64,000 nucleotides of DNA from Patescibacteria group bacterium (GTDB lineage: Bacteria; Patescibacteriota; Minisyncoccia; Phycocordibacterales; Phycocordibacteraceae), in NCBI GenBank assembly GCA_018971045.1, contig JAGWVF010000002.1:1133-65132 (forward strand), given 5' to 3'. Below the pieces are notes generated by a model, which did not search any database, was not told the origin of the DNA, and saw only the letters and a list, made by a program, of their open reading frames with translations. Shown here piece by piece: positions 19,586-28,624 of the stretch. The translations under genes were made by a program, and so were the position numbers. Positions within the stretch are counted from its first letter, which is position 1; every line of letters starts with the position of its first letter.

Positions 19586-19738
19586 CAATACTCAAGAATC
19601 TCTGATATAATTTAAAACAGATAACTGGATTCCCTCGGGCATCTGCCTGAAGCCGGTTATTTGGGCGATGGGCGAAGGGGCAACCCGAAGTTCATTGAAA
19701 GTGTGTAACGCGCGATCGTATGATCGCAAGGAGCTATT
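19583..19738 (+). promoter_or_regulatory. Sigma70-type promoter and structured 5' leader with SD
   Basis: TAGCAA-N17-TATAAT (19583-19611); hairpins at 19621-19660, 19666-19697 (GCAA loop) and 19712-19727; AAGGAG at 19728. Confidence 0.6.
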
Positions 19739-20857
19739 ATGCGCAAGCAAATCGAGCACCGCGCTTCCTTCGGTCGCGCGGCAAATAAGTACAAGAGGTT
19801 CATCATCGGCGGAGCGGTAGCGGTATCTGCCGCTCTCATACTCGCCGCCTGCGGAGGCGGCGGGGCGGATCAGAGCCAGCAGGCGCCCTCAAGCGTCTCC
19901 GCCGGCCCGCCCGGGCCGGGTGGGCCGGCCTCAGCGCCGGCCCCCGCGACGATTTTGACCTTGTCAGCTTCATCTATGAGCTGTGTCGCGGACGCGGGCG
20001 CAAAGACCTGTTCCGTATCGCTTACGGCGACGACGAATAACGCCGCCGTGAAGTCGCTCTCCATCACGGGGAGCGACGGCGAGGCGCTTACCGCCCAGCC
20101 GAATACGGCAGTTGCCGTCTCTCCGGCGATCGGTCAGGTAACCTACCAGGCGACGGGCGGCGGGGCCACAAGCAACGCCGTTACCGTCGCAGTTACCTGC
20201 GCGAAGGGCGTCAATCAGGCGACGGGAGCGTGCATGTCGCCGGTGCTTCTTCCCGACAGATCGTATGATGTCATCATGGCGATTGGATCGTGGCCGTACA
20301 TCATCGACAAGGACGGCTTCCATAAGTCGGCGAACAAGACGTCGGTAACAAGGGCCGCGATCCCGATTTCCGTCTGTTTGGGGGCTGAAGAAGTGGATGC
20401 CGATGGCATGTATCCGCTCCTCTGCAAGAGAGGAGATAATTTTCAGTTGGATACCTTTGCGCTCAATCCGGTGGACAACAGCATATGGGACTACGATAAG
20501 AACAAGCTCCCGCCGGGCTATGAGTTCAGCTACGATAAAAATGTCGGCTGGTCGTTTGGGCCGAAATGGCATGGGTGTCAGAGATATTGCAGTGTTCTTA
20601 CGGGAGATTGGGGGACTCCCCCGGCTTCGTATACGTCTACATGGGCTTGGGACGGCAACGGCGGTTTGTATTTTACGCCAGACGGCGGACCCTTCCCGGG
20701 TCTTGACGTTGGCGCGAATGAGGCCATGCTCCACGTATTCTACAAGGATACTTCCGGCAAGGTGACCGATCTCGGTTCCGTCCCGGGGGTTCCAGGGGGG
20801 AGTGGAGGGTATATCATTCCGATGTTTATGATGAGATTGACATACCATCAGAATTAG
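19739..20857 (+). CDS. Hypothetical lipoprotein (LAAC-GGGG lipobox)
   Basis: IIGGAVAVSAALILAACGGGGA, Pro/Ala linker, Ig-like Cys-containing domain, aromatic C-terminal domain. Confidence 0.75.
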   Translation: MRKQIEHRASFGRAANKYKRFIIGGAVAVSAALILAACGGGGADQSQQAPSSVSAGPPGPGGPASAPAPATILTLSASSMSCVADAGAKTCSVSLTATTNNAAVKSLSITGSDGEALTAQPNTAVAVSPAIGQVTYQATGGGATSNAVTVAVTCAKGVNQATGACMSPVLLPDRSYDVIMAIGSWPYIIDKDGFHKSANKTSVTRAAIPISVCLGAEEVDADGMYPLLCKRGDNFQLDTFALNPVDNSIWDYDKNKLPPGYEFSYDKNVGWSFGPKWHGCQRYCSVLTGDWGTPPASYTSTWAWDGNGGLYFTPDGGPFPGLDVGANEAMLHVFYKDTSGKVTDLGSVPGVPGGSGGYIIPMFMMRLTYHQN

Positions 20858-20971
20858 AAGTGAATCGAGAAGAGGCGCTGTGGTCTCCGCTATCCACACG
20901 CCTCTCTCTGTTTCTTACGTTAAAGAGGTACACTGTGTCCAGTATCCTTTAATCTTAAACTATTAAGAACA

Positions 20972-23896
20972 ATGAACTGCCGGTTCTCGAAGAACTCCAT
21001 GCGCCGTCTTTCATATCTCGGATTCTTCTTTCTTGCGGTACTGTTTTCTCTCGCGGGTAGCCGGCAGGCGCTCGCCTACGGACCGACCAACATAATAACG
21101 CGCGGCGCTCCCGCGACCATTAATTATACCGTTACCGGCTCTACCGATTGCACGGGCTCTTTTAGCAGTAGCGCGCCGTTCAATTTATATCCGAATAATG
21201 CAGGAGACAACGTAAATACAGTATGGTTTGGTGTTCATGGAGGGCCAAGCGGGTCGGTTCCCCTCGGTAATGTAAACGGCAACCCCGCCGGTCCATGGCC
21301 GCAGACGTATCGCTTCGTCTGCACCAACACATCATCCGGCGCTTCTGACTACGCCGATCTGCAGATTAACGATTGCGCGAACGGGACACAGTGGAATGGG
21401 TCCGCGTGCGCAGCCATCGGCGCCCCCACGGTGAATCTCAGCTTCTCCAATACCCCGACGGACAATAACCTCAACAAAACCATCACCGATGGCGGATATA
21501 TCGACCTCTCTTTCTCCGGCACCGGCACCGCAGTCTCCTGCCAAGTGATGTATTCAATGGACGGGGGAGTCACCTATCCAAACACCCTTCTCGCGAAGGG
21601 CGCGACGCTAACGGGTTCCTGGCTGAACTCCGGTCCGTATGATCTTGGACACTTTGGCAACGGCGTCTACTGGCAGGCGACCTGCTGGAATGCATCGAAC
21701 GTGTCTTCATCCAAGATAGCGCATCTCACGATTAATCCGGCGGCTTCCACCCAATGCTATAACCCGAACGGTTCCTTGACCGGTAGCGTTATCCCACCCG
21801 CTCAATGCCCGACATGGACGGAATACTGCACGCCATGGAACGACCCGAATCCGTATCAGCGGTGGGCGTACGATAATTCATCGCCGGTGAATTACGTGCA
21901 TGTCCCCTCGAAGGATAATCTCTGCAATGCGAGTTGCTCAAGCGCGGCGAACTATGGCGGGGCCCATTGCGATCTCTCTGGCCCGACCGCTTCAGGCGGC
22001 GCGTCGGGTTCATGTTCTCCCGGCTACACGCAAGGTGCGTGCTCATATCGCTGCGACAACGGTTCTTGGACGCAACTCAATAATACCTGTGCCCAACCCT
22101 CCGCCCCCTCCACTCCCACCGGCATCTGGGCAGGGCCAGCCGCCTGCGGCACCAATGCGATCAATCTCTCCTGGAACTCTTCTTCAGGCGCAACCGGCTA
22201 CCGCGTCTATCGCAATGGCTCCCTTGTCAAAGACACGGCGGCGCTCGTTTGGCAGGATACTGGCCTCACTGCCGGACAGTACTACACCTACACCGTCTCG
22301 GCATACAGCGGCGCAGGCGAGTCAATTAAAGGAGGAACATCTCCCGCCCAGACCCAGGCACCGGGCGCTTGCGTAGCCGGACTCCTCACTCTCAATGTGG
22401 ACGGAAAAGTGAACGGAAATCCGGCCTCGTGCTCCGCGTCCGGCAACATTGGCGGATCATGTACGGTGTGCACGATCGCGGACGGCGCGTCGAGCTGTCA
22501 GGCGTCTCCGGTCTCTTTGACCAACGTATCCGGTTCCGCAACGTACTACTATCAAGCGAATACGTGGAACACTATGTTGGTGTCACCCGCTTATACGTAT
22601 AATCCGGGTGGTTTTTGGTTCAATACAGCGGGCGAGATTCAGTACGGAACGCACCTCGTGAAGCTCTGCACCGACTCGTTCTGTTCAGCCGCGGGCGACC
22701 CGATCATCTCGATGAACCTGACCGCGACATGCGGCGCGTCATCATCGTGGGTCGGAGGGAAATGCGTCGCGAGTGCCCTTCCGGATCTCACCGCCGGATC
22801 CGTGAGTCCCGTGCAAGCCAGTACCGGAGTGAGCTTCAACGCGACCGCCGTCGTGACCAATATCGGCGCCGCCTCGACAGTCACGGGCTTCAAAGATCTC
22901 TTGCAGATCGCGAATGGAGGCCTTGACGCGAATGGTAACGGCGTCAATGTGAGCGATTCAGGCGTCTATAATCAGGCGACGCCGCTTGTTGCGGGAGGTA
23001 CTGGTACGGCCAGTTTTCCGGTCCAATTTAATAGCGCCAACACCTACTATCTCCGTGTCTGCGCCGATAAATCATCCGCAGCCGATGCGAATGGAGCCAT
23101 TCCTGAATCCAACGAGAATAATAACTGCGGCGCATGGACGCCGATAATGGTCTCCGGCGCTATCCCCGGCTCCTGTTCGGCGACAACCAAGGAGAATTGT
23201 GTTCTCCAACAGACTCCGCCAGCGGGCACGTCGGGCGCCTGCGATGCCGCGAATGGCTACACGCTCGGGAACTGTTCATATGTGTGCAGCAACACGGGCA
23301 ATGGCGCATGGACTCCTTTCATTCCGAATACCTGCGCCAAGCCGGCCGTGGTGCATCTCTATGCCAACAATACGGCAGGCTCGCTCGACGTGTCTCAAGG
23401 GACGCCTATAACGCTGACCTGGAGCTCTGTAGGCGCGGCGAGTTGCCAGGGGATCGGCTTCGCGACGAATAATGGCGCGGCGAACAATATGAATCCGGGA
23501 GTCCTCGTCAGTCAGGGCATCGGTTCTCAAAGTTATGAGGTTGATTGCTTCGACGGCAATGGTACGAAGGTCGGATTCGACACCGTCTCGGTGAATGTGG
23601 GCGGTTCGGACATCACGTTCACCGCTCTGCCGGGCCGCGTAACAGTCTCAAATCCGAACGTAACCGTGTCCTGGCATGTGAAGAACATGAGCGGCGCCTG
23701 TACGCTTACGAAGAACGAAGTCGCGGTGGCGTGGCCCGGCCTCGCGCCAAACGTCGCCCCCAACGAGGCGCAGGGTAGCCATTCTGACGCCGTCTCTTCC
23801 CACACGATCTACAAGATTTCCTGCCCGAAGGTCGGCGGCGGCCAACTGTCCGGCCAAGCGATCGTGAACATTTCCGGCATCTTTACGGAGTTCTAG
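20972..23896 (+). CDS. Large Cys-rich secreted surface protein with FN3 and CARDB-like domains
   Basis: Signal peptide; PSTPTG..INLSW...[10 protein letters not shown]...[13 protein letters not shown] (FN3); LPDLTAG...ESNENNN (CARDB); C-terminal FTEF. Confidence 0.8.
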   Translation: MNCRFSKNSMRRLSYLGFFFLAVLFSLAGSRQALAYGPTNIITRGAPATINYTVTGSTDCTGSFSSSAPFNLYPNNAGDNVNTVWFGVHGGPSGSVPLGNVNGNPAGPWPQTYRFVCTNTSSGASDYADLQINDCANGTQWNGSACAAIGAPTVNLSFSNTPTDNNLNKTITDGGYIDLSFSGTGTAVSCQVMYSMDGGVTYPNTLLAKGATLTGSWLNSGPYDLGHFGNGVYWQATCWNASNVSSSKIAHLTINPAASTQCYNPNGSLTGSVIPPAQCPTWTEYCTPWNDPNPYQRWAYDNSSPVNYVHVPSKDNLCNASCSSAANYGGAHCDLSGPTASGGASGSCSPGYTQGACSYRCDNGSWTQLNNTCAQPSAPSTPTGIWAGPAACGTNAINLSWNSSSGATGYRVYRNGSLVKDTAALVWQDTGLTAGQYYTYTVSAYSGAGESIKGGTSPAQTQAPGACVAGLLTLNVDGKVNGNPASCSASGNIGGSCTVCTIADGASSCQASPVSLTNVSGSATYYYQANTWNTMLVSPAYTYNPGGFWFNTAGEIQYGTHLVKLCTDSFCSAAGDPIISMNLTATCGASSSWVGGKCVASALPDLTAGSVSPVQASTGVSFNATAVVTNIGAASTVTGFKDLLQIANGGLDANGNGVNVSDSGVYNQATPLVAGGTGTASFPVQFNSANTYYLRVCADKSSAADANGAIPESNENNNCGAWTPIMVSGAIPGSCSATTKENCVLQQTPPAGTSGACDAANGYTLGNCSYVCSNTGNGAWTPFIPNTCAKPAVVHLYANNTAGSLDVSQGTPITLTWSSVGAASCQGIGFATNNGAANNMNPGVLVSQGIGSQSYEVDCFDGNGTKVGFDTVSVNVGGSDITFTALPGRVTVSNPNVTVSWHVKNMSGACTLTKNEVAVAWPGLAPNVAPNEAQGSHSDAVSSHTIYKISCPKVGGGQLSGQAIVNISGIFTEF

Positions 23897-23957
23897 CGGG
23901 CGGCGCGCGGACAAAGAAGAATTGTATTTAGCGCGGCCGCGTGCTAGTATCAGCGGG

Positions 23958-24212
23958 ATGAAAAAGGATATCCATCCGGACACGTATCGCCAGGTCATTT
24001 TCGAAGACATCGCCTCTGGCGCGCGGTTTCTGATCGGCTCGACTGTCCGCACGACCGAGACCGCGAAGTGGGATGATGGCAAGGAGTACCCCAAACTCAC
24101 CGTCGAGATCTCTTCCAAGTCGCATCCCTTTTATACCGGCGAAGATCGCTCGCTCGATAAGGCCGGACGCGTTGAACGCTTCAAACAGCGCGCCGCTAAA
24201 AAGGCGAAATAA
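23958..24212 (+). CDS. rpmE: 50S ribosomal protein L31 type B
   Basis: [25 protein letters not shown]; no Cys. Confidence 0.95.
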   Translation: MKKDIHPDTYRQVIFEDIASGARFLIGSTVRTTETAKWDDGKEYPKLTVEISSKSHPFYTGEDRSLDKAGRVERFKQRAAKKAK

Positions 24213-24228
24213 CGCCTCACCGTGCGCC

Positions 24229-24257
24229 GAAACTAGGACATCCGATGTCCTAGTTTC
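24229..24257. repeat. REP-like palindrome family 2, copy A (centre C at 24243)
   Basis: GAAACTAGGACATC-C-GATGTCCTAGTTTC. Confidence 0.9.
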
Positions 24258-24274
24258 ATTTTTAGCTCGAGAAA

Positions 24275-24307
24275 TAAAAGTTAGGACATCCGATGTCCTA
24301 ACTTTTA
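24275..24307. repeat. REP-like palindrome family 2, copy B (centre C at 24291)
   Basis: TAAAAGTTAGGACATC-C-GATGTCCTAACTTTTA. Confidence 0.9.
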
Positions 24308-24346
24308 GTATCGCTTTTTTGTGTGAATATCTGGTATCTTACGGAT

Positions 24347-25270
24347 ATGGAATACTCGCCAGAGTTTAAAAAGGATTTCGCCACGGCGTATCTCGCTGAA
24401 GAATATGAACGGCTCGAGAGAGAGGCGGCGGAGGCGCATGCTTCGGCGGGCGGCGACCCCGATCTTCTCCATCTGGCCGCCGAGGACGAAGCGCGAGTGC
24501 GCGCGCGGCAGTCCGAGATTCTCGCTGAGATCGAGCGGATCATGAAGAAGGATGAAGAGGAGATCGCGCGACCGACATCAATCGTGATGGAGCTGCGTGC
24601 GGGCGCTGGCGGCGGCGAAGCGGCGATCTTCGCCCGCGATCTTATGGCGATGTATCAGAAGTATGCCGAGAGTCACGGATGGAAGACGCGCGTCATCGAC
24701 GACCTCACGTTTGAGATCTCTGGCGCCGACGCCTATGACGCGCTCCGCTACGAGACCGGCGTACACCGAGTGCAGCGCGTACCGCTCACTGAGAAGTCTG
24801 GCCGAGTTCATACCTCGACCGCCTCGGTCGCAGTGCTTCCGATCCGTGCCAAGTCGATCATCGAGATCAATCCGGCCGATATCGAAATGGAATTTTCTCG
24901 AAGCGGCGGAGCGGGAGGGCAGAACGTGAATAAAGTCGAGACGGCCGTCCGGCTCATCCATAAGCCGACGGGTATCGACGTTCGATCTTCGAGCGAGCGC
25001 AGCCAACTCGCCAACCGCGAGAAGGCGATGCAGATCCTCACTGCCAAGCTCGAGATGCTCCATGAAGAGGAGGAGGCGAGAAAGCACGCGGCCGAACGCA
25101 AGGCGCAGATCGGCACCGGCGATCGTTCCGAGAAGATCCGTACCTATAATTATCTCCAGGATCGGGTAACCGACCATCGGATGAATGAATCGTGGCATAA
25201 CCTTCCCAAAATCATGGCCGGAAATATCGAACCGATTGTCGAGGCGCTCCACAAGCCCCAAGTCGAGTAA
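24347..25270 (+). CDS. prfA: Peptide chain release factor 1 (N-terminally shortened)
   Basis: RVQRVPLTE (PxT), [18 protein letters not shown]. Confidence 0.92.
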   Translation: MEYSPEFKKDFATAYLAEEYERLEREAAEAHASAGGDPDLLHLAAEDEARVRARQSEILAEIERIMKKDEEEIARPTSIVMELRAGAGGGEAAIFARDLMAMYQKYAESHGWKTRVIDDLTFEISGADAYDALRYETGVHRVQRVPLTEKSGRVHTSTASVAVLPIRAKSIIEINPADIEMEFSRSGGAGGQNVNKVETAVRLIHKPTGIDVRSSSERSQLANREKAMQILTAKLEMLHEEEEARKHAAERKAQIGTGDRSEKIRTYNYLQDRVTDHRMNESWHNLPKIMAGNIEPIVEALHKPQVE

Positions 25271-25297
25271 AGTTAGGACATCGGATGTCCTAATTTT
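25269..25297. repeat. REP-like palindrome family 2, copy C (centre G at 25283), between prfA and the RAYT2 3' end
   Basis: AAAGTTAGGACATC-G-GATGTCCTAATTTT. Confidence 0.9.
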
Positions 25298-25302
25298 TAG
25301 AC

Positions 25303-25956
25303 TCAGGACTTTAATTCGAATTCGGTACTTTGATTTGCTAAGTCGGGGTCACTCACAATCTCGCCAATCGTCTTCTCATATTTGAGTCGTGTACCGAGGA
25401 GCGGCTGTAATTCTTCACGGTAAATGAGCGAGGGGAAGTTCTTTACCCCGCTGTAGTCGAGATGACTGCTCCATCGATACTTCTCGAGGTGAGCGAGGGC
25501 ATCTGATACGTGGCGTACGCCACCCTTCCGCCACTCGGGCATAACGTAATCGAGCGGATTCAGATGTATATAAAAAGGCACGTAGAGGAAATGAGCGTTT
25601 CTCGAGATGAGTACCTTGCGGTACTTTCCTTGCCAGAGCGCGCCTGAACGTCCATAGCGCTCATTGAAGTATTTTGCATACCCCATATTCAATTTCTTCA
25701 TAAAGAGCGGAATGCCGTTTTCCGCGACTTCATAAACAAGGAGGTGGTAGTGATTTTCCATCAGACAGAAAGAGTGTATTCGCACTAGCGGAGAGCGTTG
25801 TGCGCGCTCCTCATGACGACCTGAAAGGATGTAATTCGGTGTTGCCGCACTATCGTTAAAAGCATAGAGGTCATGTATGAACCGGAGTCGATCATGATCG
25901 TCGAGCACGATAGAGCGTTTTTCGACTCCGCGTCCGATCAGGTGCCAAAAGTCCAT
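25303..25956 (-). CDS. REP-associated tyrosine transposase (RAYT, HUH/Y1 family), paralog 2
   Basis: FCLMENHYHLLV (HUH), LWQGKYRK, YIHLNP, YRWSSH; 25/35 identical to paralog 1 over the N-terminus; palindrome-flanked. Confidence 0.9.
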   Translation of the reverse strand: MDFWHLIGRGVEKRSIVLDDHDRLRFIHDLYAFNDSAATPNYILSGRHEERAQRSPLVRIHSFCLMENHYHLLVYEVAENGIPLFMKKLNMGYAKYFNERYGRSGALWQGKYRKVLISRNAHFLYVPFYIHLNPLDYVMPEWRKGGVRHVSDALAHLEKYRWSSHLDYSGVKNFPSLIYREELQPLLGTRLKYEKTIGEIVSDPDLANQSTEFELKS

Positions 25957-25965
25957 ATCCCTATA

Positions 25966-25986
25966 TTAGGACATCCGATGTCCTAA
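25966..25986. repeat. REP-like palindrome family 2, copy D (centre C at 25976), overlapping the RAYT2 -10 box
   Basis: TTAGGACATC-C-GATGTCCTAA; on the minus strand its arm runs into TAATAT, 6 nt before the ATG. Confidence 0.88.
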
Positions 25987-26010
25987 CTTGCGGTTATGCA
26001 CGTGTTTTCG

Positions 26011-26037
26011 AAACTAGGACATCGGATGTCCTAATTT
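26011..26037. repeat. REP-like palindrome family 2, copy E (centre G at 26024), followed by an imperfect 12-bp tandem duplication at 26039-26050
   Basis: AAACTAGGACATC-G-GATGTCCTAATTT; TGTCCTAATTTT is followed by TGTCCTAGTTCT. Confidence 0.88.
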
Positions 26038-26109
26038 TTGTCCTAGTTCTGTGCCACACGCCTCTCGAGGGTTGCGGAATAAGGGGAAATCGGATACAGT
26101 GGCGGGATA

Positions 26110-26805
26110 ATGACTACCGCTCAAACGGCAGAACTGAAGCGCCTCTTCGATACGGGGGCGCATTTCGCGCAGGTGAAGAGCCGCCGCCACCCCTCGATGA
26201 AGCCTTACTTGGTGGGCGCGAAGGGGCGTCAGGAGATCATCGATCTTTCGAAGACGCTCGAACAGATCGAGACCGCCAAGACCGTGATGGCGGCTCTCGC
26301 GAAGGAAGGGAAGACCGTTCTGCTTGTCGGCGGGAAGGTCGAGATTGCCGCCTTGGTCAAGAAGGCGGCGGAGTCGATCGGCGCTCCGTACGTCGCCGCG
26401 CGCTGGCTCGGCGGGACGATCTCCAATTGGAGCGAGATCAAGAAGCGCGTCGATCGGCTCGCCGATCTTACCGAGAAGGCGGCAACCGGCACTCTGGCGA
26501 AACAGCACACCAAGCTTGAGGTATTGAAGCTCGAACGCGAGAAGAAAAAGCTCGAGGAACGCCTCGATGGGATCACGATGATGGTCAAGAAGCCGGACGC
26601 GCTTCTGGTCGTCGATACCAAGCACGAGAAACACGCGGTGAAAGAGGCTCATGACGCGGGGATCCCCATCATCGCGATCATGAGTTCGGATTGCGATCTT
26701 CACGAGACTTCGTATCCGATTGTCGCGAACGACACTTCGCGCGAAGCGGTACGGCTCATCCTTTCGGAATTGACAGCCGCGTTTCAGAAAGGGCAGACCG
26801 CGTAA
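26110..26805 (+). CDS. rpsB: 30S ribosomal protein S2
   Basis: LFDTGAHF, RWLGGTISN, AVKEA, DSD-like SSDCD, YPIVAND; upstream of tsf. Confidence 0.93.
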   Translation: MTTAQTAELKRLFDTGAHFAQVKSRRHPSMKPYLVGAKGRQEIIDLSKTLEQIETAKTVMAALAKEGKTVLLVGGKVEIAALVKKAAESIGAPYVAARWLGGTISNWSEIKKRVDRLADLTEKAATGTLAKQHTKLEVLKLEREKKKLEERLDGITMMVKKPDALLVVDTKHEKHAVKEAHDAGIPIIAIMSSDCDLHETSYPIVANDTSREAVRLILSELTAAFQKGQTA

Positions 26806-26880
26806 CCGTCTCGGCCCCTCTTCAGCCGCCTGAACAAGCAGGCTCTCAAGTGTTATTATTTTATTGGTACACCTCATCGT

Positions 26881-27462
26881 ATGGAAATAACGACGGACAG
26901 CATTAAGCAATTGCGGGAGATGACGGGCGTTTCGGTCATGCAGTGCAAAAAGGCGCTCCAAGAAGCGGACGGCGATCTCGAAAAGGCGGCAGTGATTCTC
27001 AAAAAGCACTCGGCCGCCTCGGCCGAGAAAAAGGCCGATCGCTCGCTTGCGGCGGGCACCATCGGCAGCTACACGCACGAGGGCGCGATCGGCGCCATGG
27101 TGCTTCTGTCGTGCGAGACCGATTTCGTCGCCAAAAATCCCGAATTTGCGTCGCTTGCGCGCGAGATCGCGATGCAGGTTGCCGCGACCGCGCCGGCCTA
27201 CACCTCTGCCGATGAGATTCCGCCAGAAGCGAAGCAGACCGCAATCGCCGTTTTCGAGAAGGAGCTTGAAGGAAAGCCGCTCGATATGCGGGCAAAGATT
27301 CTCGACGGGAAATTGGCGAGCTATTTCCGCGATCAAGTGCTTCTCGACCAGCCTTTCATTAAGGACGAGACCAAGACGGTTCGCGATCTCCTCCACGAGG
27401 CGACTCAGAAGTTCGGCGAGCGCGTCGAGATCACCCGCTTCACTCGTCTCTCGTCGCGCTAG
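26881..27462 (+). CDS. tsf: Elongation factor Ts (short form)
   Basis: IKQLREMTGVSVMQCKKAL, CETDFVA, LLDQPFIKD. Confidence 0.95.
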   Translation: MEITTDSIKQLREMTGVSVMQCKKALQEADGDLEKAAVILKKHSAASAEKKADRSLAAGTIGSYTHEGAIGAMVLLSCETDFVAKNPEFASLAREIAMQVAATAPAYTSADEIPPEAKQTAIAVFEKELEGKPLDMRAKILDGKLASYFRDQVLLDQPFIKDETKTVRDLLHEATQKFGERVEITRFTRLSSR

Positions 27463-27463
27463 T

Positions 27464-27865
27464 ATGCCGTCGCTCCTCCTTATTCTCGGTACGATCGCGC
27501 TTCTTGGCGGCTTTATCGCGATGACGGCATACGAGACGGGACGCGGCTCGCGCTTCTTCTCCGCGCGGCGCGCGCGCCTCGACCGGCTGGTCGAGCGCAT
27601 CAGCTTTATCATTGAGCATGTGGACTTCGCGGCGTTCTTGCGCGACGAACTGCGCCACCTTGCTCATCGGATCGGACACGACATCGCGCATCTCTCGCTG
27701 CAGATCGTACGCGCCATCGAGCGGATCCTGACGCGCCTCGTCCGCTCCTTCCGCGTGCGCGAGGCCGGCAGCGCGCCGCGCGAGAGTACGCGCGCGTTCG
27801 TGAAGACCTTGTCCGATTTCAAAGAACATCTGAAAGCGACCGCGCCGGAGATTCCGAAGATTTAA
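27464..27865 (+). CDS. Hypothetical protein with N-terminal membrane anchor
   Basis: ATG 1 bp after the tsf stop; MPSLLLILGTIALLGGFIAM hydrophobic start. Confidence 0.7.
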   Translation: MPSLLLILGTIALLGGFIAMTAYETGRGSRFFSARRARLDRLVERISFIIEHVDFAAFLRDELRHLAHRIGHDIAHLSLQIVRAIERILTRLVRSFRVREAGSAPRESTRAFVKTLSDFKEHLKATAPEIPKI

Positions 27866-27874
27866 TTAAAACGC

Positions 27875-27947
27875 GCCGGGATAGCTTAGTCGGTAAAGCA
27901 ACGGTTTTGTAAACCGTAGACCGTCGGTTCGAGTCCGACTCCCGGCT
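27875..27947 (+). tRNA. tRNA-Thr (TGT); CCA not encoded
   Basis: Acceptor stem GCCGGGA/TCCCGGC, D arm TAGCTTAGTCGGTAAAGC, anticodon arm ACGGT-TTTGTAA-ACCGT, T arm GTCGG-TTCGAGT-CCGAC. Confidence 0.95.
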
Positions 27948-27952
27948 CCGCA

Positions 27953-28615
27953 TCATGAAGAAGTCGACGTCGCGAGCGCGCCTTTCGGGAATTGCTTTTC
28001 AAGATCGGCAACCGAGGTGAAGCCGTAGGAATGCTTGCCGTTTATAACGAACGCGGGGAACGCGTTCTCCACTTTAAGAATCGCGATAAACGTCTTCAGC
28101 GCGCCGAGGTTGAGATTGTAGTCGAATGAATACACGCGAAGCGTCGGATACGTCGAGCGCAGATACGAGAGCGCATATCCGGCTTTGTCGCAATCGGCGC
28201 AATCGCCGGCATTACTGTAGAAATAGAGGACCGTCGCCGGTTTGGTTCCGCAGGCCGTCGCGATCTGCTTGGTGATGAGGTAATCGCGGATCTCGAGAAG
28301 CGAGTACTGCTCTTTCAATCGTATCACTTGCTGATTGTTCGTGCCGAGCTGACTTTCGGCGATTGAAAGCCGGTTGCCCAGATCGCCCAAGCTGCTGATG
28401 AGCGTGACTGATGACGTCGCGTTATCGCAGGGCGTCGCCTCAAGCAGCGAAAACTGCGTATCGAGAGAGAGGGTGTCTATCGAGATCTGATCCTCGATCG
28501 TCGAGAGGTCGGCGATGCGCGCGCTATTCAGATAATTTACGGCAAAGGCGATGGTACCGATGATCGCGATCGTCAGGCCGAGAGAAATAAGCAGATTGCG
28601 CGTGAACAGCGTCAT
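27953..28615 (-). CDS. Membrane-anchored hypothetical protein with C-terminal thioredoxin-like CxxC fold
   Basis: N-terminal TM, VLYFYS..DCADC, cis-Pro-like FPAFVING. Confidence 0.7.
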   Translation of the reverse strand: MTLFTRNLLISLGLTIAIIGTIAFAVNYLNSARIADLSTIEDQISIDTLSLDTQFSLLEATPCDNATSSVTLISSLGDLGNRLSIAESQLGTNNQQVIRLKEQYSLLEIRDYLITKQIATACGTKPATVLYFYSNAGDCADCDKAGYALSYLRSTYPTLRVYSFDYNLNLGALKTFIAILKVENAFPAFVINGKHSYGFTSVADLEKQFPKGALATSTSS

Positions 28616-28624
28616 GAGAATTCA

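Noticed and set aside
19663-19700. Fluoride riboswitch (GGCGATGG start)
   Set aside because: Lacks the complementary TTCGCC and downstream conserved elements; downstream gene is unrelated.
25175-25183. CATCGGATG core inside prfA
   Set aside because: No flanking arm pairing; encodes conserved DHR residues.
24229-26050. Palindromic repeats as a CRISPR array
   Set aside because: Only doublets or singletons separated by genes, no regular repeat-spacer run and no cas genes; they associate with RAYT genes instead.
26014-27612. Long antisense ORFs (e.g. 26014-27612, 15654-16898, 30872-32044, 43950-45167, 48432-49697, 57214-58341)
   Set aside because: Shadow frames opposite well-supported genes in GC-rich DNA; no motifs.
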